A DNA stretch of 12,457 nucleotides, from the NCBI GenBank assembly GCA_043816185.1, contig JBDRIG010000088.1, positions 1 to 12,457 on the forward strand, written 5' to 3'. The DNA comes from Elusimicrobiota bacterium (GTDB lineage Bacteria > Elusimicrobiota > UBA8919). Below are positions 6,407 to 12,457 of this stretch, in pieces (position 1 is the stretch's first letter; each line of letters begins with the position of its first letter). The position numbers were made by a program, and so were the translations under genes. A model generated the notes under the pieces. It ran no database searches, was not told the origin of the DNA, and saw nothing but the letters and a program-made list of their open reading frames with translations.

Positions 6407-7605
6407 TTGAATTTTCTGATATTAAAGAGGCAATCGAGGATTTTAAAAAAGGCAAAGCAATTATAATTGTTGACGATCCAACACGAGAAAATGAAGGTGA
6501 TATCGTCTATGCCTGTGAAAAAATTACACCAGAGAAAATAAATTTTATGGCAAAAGAGGGGCGAGGATTAATATGTGTTACTATGATAGGAAAGCGACTT
6601 GACGAGTTGAAACTTCATCCGATGGTAGCAAGTGGAATTGAGATAAAAGAAGCGTCCTTTACTGTTTCGGTTGATGCAAGAAAAGGAATAACAACAGGTA
6701 TTTCAGCGTATGATAGGGCACAAACAATTAAAACAATTATTGATCCAAAAACGAAGCCAGATGATTTGATAAAACCTGGTCATATTTTTCCTTTAAGATA
6801 TAAAGAAGGTGGCGTGTTGGTTAGAGCAGGGCATACAGAAGCTGGTGTTGATATGGCAAAAATTTCAGAACTTTACCCATCAAGCGTAATTTGTGAAATA
6901 ATGAACGAAGATGGATCTATGGCAAGAATGCCACAGTTATTAAAATTCTCAAAAGAGCATAAATTAAAAATTATTACAATCGCACAGATTATTGAATATA
7001 GACGACGTACTGAGAAACTTGTTGAAAAAATAGTAACAATTCCAAATTTTCTGACGAAATATGGTAATTTTATACTTTATTTATATCAGGATAAATTGAA
7101 GAAAGAAAGTCATCTGGCGTTGGTGAAAGGAAATGTCAAAAATAAAAAAAATGTTTTAGTGAGAGTACATTCATCATGTCTTACTGGCGATGTTTTTCAT
7201 TCTCTGCGGTGTGACTGTGGCGACCAATTGGAAAAATCAATGTGCCTTATCCAAAAGGAAAAATGTGGAGTTTTATTGTACATGCACCAGGAGGGGCGAG
7301 GGATTGGACTTACAAATAAATTAAAAGCATATGAATTACAGAATAAGGGTTATGATACTGTTGAAGCGAATATTAAATTAGGCTTCAAGCCAGATTTAAG
7401 AGATTATGGAATAGGTGCACAAATACTTTGTGATTTAGGGCTTTCAGATATAAAACTTTTAACTAACAATCCAAAAAAAATTATTGGACTTGAGGGTTAT
7501 GGACTAAAAGTGATACAACGAATACCTATAAAAATGAAACCTAAATCGAAATTTGCAAAAAAATACTTGAAAACGAAGAAGAAAAAATGTGGACATTTGT
7601 TGTAA
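6403..7605 (+). CDS. ribBA: Bifunctional 3,4-dihydroxy-2-butanone-4-phosphate synthase / GTP cyclohydrolase II
   Basis: RENEGD, TTGISAYDR, PGHIFPL, RAGHTEA, VRVHSSCLTGDVFHSLRCDCG, QEGRGIGL, LLTNNPKK. ATGA overlap with the ribE stop. Confidence 0.97.
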   Translation: MIEFSDIKEAIEDFKKGKAIIIVDDPTRENEGDIVYACEKITPEKINFMAKEGRGLICVTMIGKRLDELKLHPMVASGIEIKEASFTVSVDARKGITTGISAYDRAQTIKTIIDPKTKPDDLIKPGHIFPLRYKEGGVLVRAGHTEAGVDMAKISELYPSSVICEIMNEDGSMARMPQLLKFSKEHKLKIITIAQIIEYRRRTEKLVEKIVTIPNFLTKYGNFILYLYQDKLKKESHLALVKGNVKNKKNVLVRVHSSCLTGDVFHSLRCDCGDQLEKSMCLIQKEKCGVLLYMHQEGRGIGLTNKLKAYELQNKGYDTVEANIKLGFKPDLRDYGIGAQILCDLGLSDIKLLTNNPKKIIGLEGYGLKVIQRIPIKMKPKSKFAKKYLKTKKKKCGHLL

Positions 7606-7624
7606 TTTGTTATAAAATAATGGC

Positions 7625-7698
7625 AATCGAGAATTGAAAATTAATGGTTGAAAATTTAGTGAATCAAAAATTCTTGATTCTCAGTTCTTGGTTTGTAG
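7625..7698. repeat. Two opposed degenerate 7-bp tandem arrays meeting at a hairpin
   Basis: Left arm aatcgag aattgaa aattaat ggttgaa aatttag (7625-7659); right arm ttcttga ttctcag ttcttgg tttgtag (7671-7698); central gaatcaa/ttgattc 7661-7680. Confidence 0.65.
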
Positions 7699-7719
7699 TT
7701 GATTTTTGTGGAGGGTGTT

Positions 7720-8187
7720 ATGGGAAAGGTATTTAATGGGAAGTTGTTGGCAAAGGGATTGAAGTTTGGAATTGTTGTAGCAAGATTCAATGAATTTATT
7801 ACGTCCAAACTTTTAGATGGTTGTTTAGATATGCTTAAACGACATGATGTCGACGAAAAAGATTTAGATATCGTGTGGGTACCTGGTTCTTTTGAAATTC
7901 CTTTTGCAGCGAACAAACTTGCATTGTCGAAAAAATATGATGCTGTGATTTGTTTAGGTGCAGTAATAAAAGGTGATACACCTCATTTCGATTACATTGC
8001 TGCGGAAGTAACAAAAGGTATCGCGTCAGTTGGACTTAAAACTGGTGTACCTGTGATTTTTGGGGTTATCACTACTGATAATCTTGAACAAGCGATTGAG
8101 CGAGCGGGAACAAAAGCTGGAAATGCTGGTGCTCAATCAGCGGTAACAGCAATAGAAATGGCAAACTTAAGCTCAAATTTAAAATAG
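7720..8187 (+). CDS. ribH: 6,7-dimethyl-8-ribityllumazine synthase
   Basis: [62 protein letters not shown] at 7710-7714 supports ATG 7720 over TTG 7699. Confidence 0.97.
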   Translation: MGKVFNGKLLAKGLKFGIVVARFNEFITSKLLDGCLDMLKRHDVDEKDLDIVWVPGSFEIPFAANKLALSKKYDAVICLGAVIKGDTPHFDYIAAEVTKGIASVGLKTGVPVIFGVITTDNLEQAIERAGTKAGNAGAQSAVTAIEMANLSSNLK

Positions 8188-8372
8188 TTTTTATTCAGGT
8201 AAATCTGGACAAAAATTATCAAGGACTTGTTTTTGAAATCTGCTCTTTCGTCGGTAAACGAAATATTGAAACGAGTTCAGAATAATATTGATAACATTTT
8301 TTTCTTCCAATGAAATCTTTTTGGATGACGAGTTTTTTTGGATAGCAGGAACTAAAATAGGCGAGAAAGATA

Positions 8373-8813
8373 ATGGGAACACGACGATTGTCACGTGAAT
8401 GTGCTATACAAGTACTTTATGCTATGGATGCCTGTAAATTGACGAAGGCGGAAATAGATGAAGCATTTTGGCAAACAAAAAATTATGATAAAGATGTTGT
8501 TGCATTTGCACAGGAACTTGTTAATGGAACAATATTAAATCTTGAAGAGATAAACAATTTGCTAAAAGAGACAGCCAAGAACTGGGAACTCGACAGAATG
8601 GCAGCGGTTGACAGAGCAATTTTACGACTTGCTTGTTACGAATTACTCTATACTTTTGAAACACCGTTGAATGTAATAATAAATGAAGCAATAGAACTTG
8701 CCAAAAATTTTTCCACAGATGAATCGGGAAAATTTGTTAATGGTATTTTAGATAAAATAAAAGCAAAACGGAAAAATAAACCCGAATCTTGCCTACCCAA
8801 CAAATCTGGTTAA
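8373..8813 (+). CDS. nusB: Transcription antitermination factor NusB
   Basis: RRLSRECAIQVLY, NWELDRMAAVDRAILRL, VIINEAIELAK, SGKFVNGILD. ribH-nusB adjacency is common. Confidence 0.96.
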   Translation: MGTRRLSRECAIQVLYAMDACKLTKAEIDEAFWQTKNYDKDVVAFAQELVNGTILNLEEINNLLKETAKNWELDRMAAVDRAILRLACYELLYTFETPLNVIINEAIELAKNFSTDESGKFVNGILDKIKAKRKNKPESCLPNKSG

Positions 8814-8879
8814 ACGAGCTCACCAGACAAATTCGATCGAGCGAATCTGCTCGACAAATTCGATCAAACAAACCGAAAT
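8799..8879. repeat. Three degenerate 27-bp tandem units overlapping the nusB stop
   Basis: aacaaatctggttaaacgagctcacca / gacaaattcgatcgagcgaatctgctc / gacaaattcgatcaaacaaaccgaaat. gacaaattcgatc is exact at 8826-8838 and 8853-8865. Confidence 0.65.
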
Positions 8880-8910
8880 ATTGTATTCGTAGTTGCTTCC
8901 ACCCTTTTAT

Positions 8911-11031
8911 ATGCTTCAAAAAATCGAAAATTTAAAAAAACAAATTAGGCATCACGATTATCTTTACTACGTTCTTGCACAGCCAGAGATTTCAGATAGC
9001 GAATACGACAGCTTGATGAAACAGTTGAAAGAACTTGAAGAAAAAAATCCGCAGTTTATAACAACAGATTCTCCGACACAGAGGGTTTCAGGAGAAGCTG
9101 TAAAGGATTTCACGACGGTAAAACATTCTGTACCAATGCTTTCGCTTGAAAATACATATTCTTCTCATGAGATTTTGGAGTGGAATAAACGAGTAAAAAA
9201 AATAATCTCGATTGCCAGACAATCCGCTTCGCCCTCGCTTCAACAAGGCGAATTTACTTCGCAGCGAGACAAGCCGTCAAATGAACTAAAACAAGATGAA
9301 GGTTACGAATATATTATTGAGCCAAAAATTGACGGAATAAGTTGTAATCTGATATATAAAAATGGAATACTTACACAAGCAGCTACTAGAGGCGATGGCA
9401 ACAACGGTGAAGATGTTACTCTCAATATAAAAACAATTCGCTCAATTCCCCTATCTCTACTTTCTACTTCTTCATCTGCGACAAATCTACTTGGCAATCT
9501 TTCACTTCCCACTTTGCTAGAAGTCCGAGGAGAAGTTTATATTGATAAGATCGATTTTCAAAAACTCAATGAAGAGATTTTGAAAAACGGAGAACAACCA
9601 TTTGCTAATCCGAGAAATGCAGCAGCGGGTTCGCTGAGACAGAAAAATCCTCAAATTACAGGAAAGAGAAAATTAAAACTTATTGTTCATTCTTATGGTA
9701 TGGTTTTTGGAACAAAAAATTTTAAAACACATTTTGAGTTTTTAAAATTGTGTGAAAAAATTGGACTACCAACAACACTTAAGAATATCAGTGTTGCAAA
9801 AAAAATTGACGAGGTTGTAGAACTGTGCAAAAAATATGAATTTGACAGGGAAAATATATCTTTCGAGGTTGATGGATTAGTTATAAAAATAAACTCTCTT
9901 GAGCAGCAGCAAAAATTAGGATTCACAATGAAATCACCGAGGTGGGCGATTGCATATAAATTTCCAGCAAAACAGGCAACAACAAAAATAAAAAACATAA
10001 TTATACAAGTTGGAAGAACAGGGATTTTAACGCCGGTTGCGGAACTTGAGCCAGTTGGGTGTGGTGGCGTTATTATTTCGCGTGCCACGCTTCACAATTT
10101 TGAAGAAGTAGAACGGCTGGGCGTGAAAATTGGTGATACGATTTTAATAGAGCGAGCAGGTGAGGTTATTCCAAAAATCGTAAAAGTTATAGAAACAAAA
10201 AGAACAGGCGACGAAAAAAAATTGAAGATTCCTGAAAAATGTCCAATATGTGATCAACTCGTAGTCAAGGAAAAAGAGGAAGATGTTGCATGGCGTTGTA
10301 TAAATCCATCTTGTCCTGCACACCTTGAAAATGGACTTGTTCATTTCGCTAAACGAGAAGCAATGGATATAGAAGGACTTGGTGATGCTGTGGTTCAACA
10401 ACTCGTCTCAAAAAAAATGGTTTGTGATTTTGCAGATATTTATTACCTTAAAAAAGATGATTTGCTTAAACTTGAACTATTCAAAGATAAAAAAGCACAA
10501 AATCTTTTAAATGCGATAGAAGAAAGCAAATCTAAATCGTTGAGTCGACTTTTGCTGGGATTTGGAATACGTAATGTCGGAGAAAAAGCTGCCATTACTC
10601 TTGCAGAAAAATTTCTTACCCTTGACGATTTAATAAAAGCGACCGTTGATGACTTGCAAAAAATTTATGAGATAGGGCCAACTATAGCGGAGTCGGTTGT
10701 CAAATTTTTTACTCTGCTTGAAACGAAAAAACTTATCGAGAAACTTAAAAAAGTTGGTATCAATGCGAACGAGGAAATTAAAAAAGGACCGAGAATATTT
10801 GAAGGAAAAACATTTATTTTTACAGGTGAGTTGAAAAACTTTTCAAGAACCGATGCGGAAGCAAAAATTCGAGAACTTGGCGGGAGCACTTCATCATCAG
10901 TTAGTCAAAAAACAAATTTTGTTGTCGCTGGCGAAAATCCAGGTTCCAAATTAAATAAGGCAAAAAAGTTAGGAATCAAAATAATCCTCGAAGAAGAATT
11001 TTTGAAAATGGTAAACCTTCCCCTCATCTAA
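8911..11031 (+). CDS. ligA: NAD-dependent DNA ligase
   Basis: YYVLAQPEISDSEYD, HSVPMLSL, EPKIDG adenylation motif, TRGDG, EVRGEV, FANPRNAAAGSLRQ, PRWAIAYKF, Cys4 zinc finger, HhH repeats, C-terminal BRCT. ATG 8911 preferred over TTG 8893. Confidence 0.97.
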   Translation: MLQKIENLKKQIRHHDYLYYVLAQPEISDSEYDSLMKQLKELEEKNPQFITTDSPTQRVSGEAVKDFTTVKHSVPMLSLENTYSSHEILEWNKRVKKIISIARQSASPSLQQGEFTSQRDKPSNELKQDEGYEYIIEPKIDGISCNLIYKNGILTQAATRGDGNNGEDVTLNIKTIRSIPLSLLSTSSSATNLLGNLSLPTLLEVRGEVYIDKIDFQKLNEEILKNGEQPFANPRNAAAGSLRQKNPQITGKRKLKLIVHSYGMVFGTKNFKTHFEFLKLCEKIGLPTTLKNISVAKKIDEVVELCKKYEFDRENISFEVDGLVIKINSLEQQQKLGFTMKSPRWAIAYKFPAKQATTKIKNIIIQVGRTGILTPVAELEPVGCGGVIISRATLHNFEEVERLGVKIGDTILIERAGEVIPKIVKVIETKRTGDEKKLKIPEKCPICDQLVVKEKEEDVAWRCINPSCPAHLENGLVHFAKREAMDIEGLGDAVVQQLVSKKMVCDFADIYYLKKDDLLKLELFKDKKAQNLLNAIEESKSKSLSRLLLGFGIRNVGEKAAITLAEKFLTLDDLIKATVDDLQKIYEIGPTIAESVVKFFTLLETKKLIEKLKKVGINANEEIKKGPRIFEGKTFIFTGELKNFSRTDAEAKIRELGGSTSSSVSQKTNFVVAGENPGSKLNKAKKLGIKIILEEEFLKMVNLPLI
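9206..9275. repeat. In-frame GC-rich palindromic insertion within ligA
   Basis: ttcgcc 9228-9233/ggcgaa 9247-9252; tctcg 9206-9210/cgaga 9265-9269; alternative ctcgct 9234-9239/agcgag 9263-9268. Coincides with extra residues just before EPKIDG. Confidence 0.55.
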
Positions 11032-11122
11032 AACTTAAAAATTCGAAATAATTTAGATCAGTATTTAATAAAATAAAATTTGCACAAATTTTCGTCTAAT
11101 CGCCGCTGTGAAATGAACTTTC

Positions 11123-11150
11123 TTGACTTTTTTTGTAAAATTTGTAGAAT
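11123..11150 (+). promoter_or_regulatory. Putative sigma70 promoter for gap
   Basis: TTGACT 11123-11128, 16-bp spacer, TAGAAT 11145-11150. Confidence 0.55.
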
Positions 11151-11234
11151 AAAAAACATAAATTGATAAGTCAATGGCTCATAAGTATTTGGATTTGAGA
11201 TATTGATGATTAAATTATTGTTTTGGAGGTAAGT

Positions 11235-12281
11235 ATGAGAGTGGGTATCAATGGTTTTGGTAGGATTGGGCGATTAGTGGCAAGGGCGATTCTTGAGAAA
11301 AATAGCAAGAATATAGAGTTAGTTGCCATCAATGATTTGGTTGATGCTAAGGCAAATGCGCATCTTCTCAAGTATGACTCTGTTCATGGTCAGTTTCCTG
11401 GCGATGTAAAAGTTGTTGGCGAAGATGTAATTTCCGTCAACGGTAAAGAAATTAAGGTGCTCAAAAAAAAGGATCCCGCAGAATTACCATGGAAAGATCT
11501 TGGAGTTGAAATTGTTGTTGAATCAACGGGACTTTTCACTGTGAAAAAAGATGGCGTCAATAAAAAAGGTAAAGAGGTTAGAGGTGCAGAAAATCACATA
11601 ACAAAAGGTGGTGCTAAAAAAGTTATAATTTCTGCTCCTGCTGAAGGCGAGGATTTGACAGTAGTTCTTGGTGTCAACGAGGACAAATATGATCCGAAGA
11701 GCCATCATGTTATTTCTAATGCGTCCTGCACAACAAATTGTCTTGCACCAGTTGCAAAAGTTATCAACGATAATTGGGGAATTGAAAAAGGGCTTATGAC
11801 GACAATTCACGCTTATACAAATGATCAACGAGTTCAAGATATGGCACATTCTGATATGAGGCGTGCAAGAGCGGCAGCCGTTTCAATGATACCAACTTCA
11901 ACAGGTGCAGCAAAAGCGATATCGCTTGTAATTCCTGATTTAAAAGGCAAACTTGACGGTTTCGCAATTCGTGTTCCAATTCCGAATGTTTCCGTCGTGG
12001 ATTTAACAGTGTTGCTTAAAAATAAAGCAACTGCTGAAGAAATAAATGCAGAACTTAAAAAAGCGTCAGAAGGTAAAATGAAAGGATATCTTGGCTATAC
12101 CGACGAGCCACTCGTATCAATTGATTTCAATCACTGTCCGCTATCGTCAATTGTGGATGCAAAAATCACAAAAGTTATCGGCGATAATTTTGTAAAAGTT
12201 CTCGCATGGTACGACAATGAATGGGGCTATTCCTGTAGAGTAGTTGACTTGATTGAGTTTATGTTGAAGAAAGGAATATAG
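11235..12281 (+). CDS. gap: Type I glyceraldehyde-3-phosphate dehydrogenase
   Basis: [66 protein letters not shown] at 11225-11230 supports ATG 11235. Confidence 0.98.
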   Translation: MRVGINGFGRIGRLVARAILEKNSKNIELVAINDLVDAKANAHLLKYDSVHGQFPGDVKVVGEDVISVNGKEIKVLKKKDPAELPWKDLGVEIVVESTGLFTVKKDGVNKKGKEVRGAENHITKGGAKKVIISAPAEGEDLTVVLGVNEDKYDPKSHHVISNASCTTNCLAPVAKVINDNWGIEKGLMTTIHAYTNDQRVQDMAHSDMRRARAAAVSMIPTSTGAAKAISLVIPDLKGKLDGFAIRVPIPNVSVVDLTVLLKNKATAEEINAELKKASEGKMKGYLGYTDEPLVSIDFNHCPLSSIVDAKITKVIGDNFVKVLAWYDNEWGYSCRVVDLIEFMLKKGI

Positions 12282-12457
12282 TCGCTCGCAAGCAAATTTT
12301 TTTGAGACGCTCGTTAAAAGGGCGCTCGGGAATTGCTTCGCGGAAACGCCTCGCCTTTGAGGGCGGGCTCTCACTCGCACCGCTAAAAGTCATAAGGTGA
12401 AAAATAATAGTGTATGCGGTGCTCCGTGAGGTTCCTCTCAGCAACCCCCTCACTCTG
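12282..12457. repeat. GC-rich multi-hairpin intergenic element (MITE/REP-like), probably truncated by the window end
   Basis: gagacgctc 12304-12312/gggcgctc 12320-12327; gcctcgcc 12348-12355/gggcgggc 12361-12368; gcaccgc 12377-12383/gcggtgc 12416-12422; gtgagg 12426-12431/cctcac 12448-12453. Confidence 0.6.

Noticed and set aside
9200..9300. Intein or intron in ligA
   Set aside because: Far too short, with no intein terminal residues or group I/II intron motifs, and the frame is uninterrupted.
11075..11180. Rex-like or other operator upstream of gap (ctgtgaaatgaactttc; attgataagtcaat)
   Set aside because: Only a half-site matches TTGTGAA-N4-TTCACAA, and the short AT-rich palindrome is not distinguishable from background.
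263..12453. Minus-strand and short overlapping ORFs in the supplied track
   Set aside because: They lie antisense to, or out of frame with, well-supported genes or over repeat elements, and show no recognisable domains.

Overview
AT-rich bacterial chromosomal window. All credible genes are on the + strand: a MacB/FtsX-type ABC permease with an anomalous 5' end, rarA, a 40-codon small ORF, a 118-aa membrane/zinc-ribbon hypothetical protein, a riboflavin cluster (ribD - PHP-family metallohydrolase - ribE - ribBA - ribH) followed by nusB and ligA, and then gap. The gene content is mostly housekeeping, but three things stand out. (1) Short degenerate tandem repeats (7-, 8-, 23- and 27-bp periods) and GC-rich palindromic elements occupy many intergenic spacers. 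They also sit in frame inside ribD, ribE and ligA as extra protein loops, and the stop codons of ribD and nusB fall inside repeat arrays. (2) A PHP metallohydrolase sits directly after ribD, a candidate for the dephosphorylation step that has no dedicated gene in canonical rib operons. (3) A compact multi-stem structure at 1-110 lies just downstream of an extended -10 motif on the minus strand and may be an unrecognised RNA motif. No transposase, integrase, CRISPR array, tRNA or rRNA was seen. All protein calls come from motif recognition by eye; no searches or folding programs were run.
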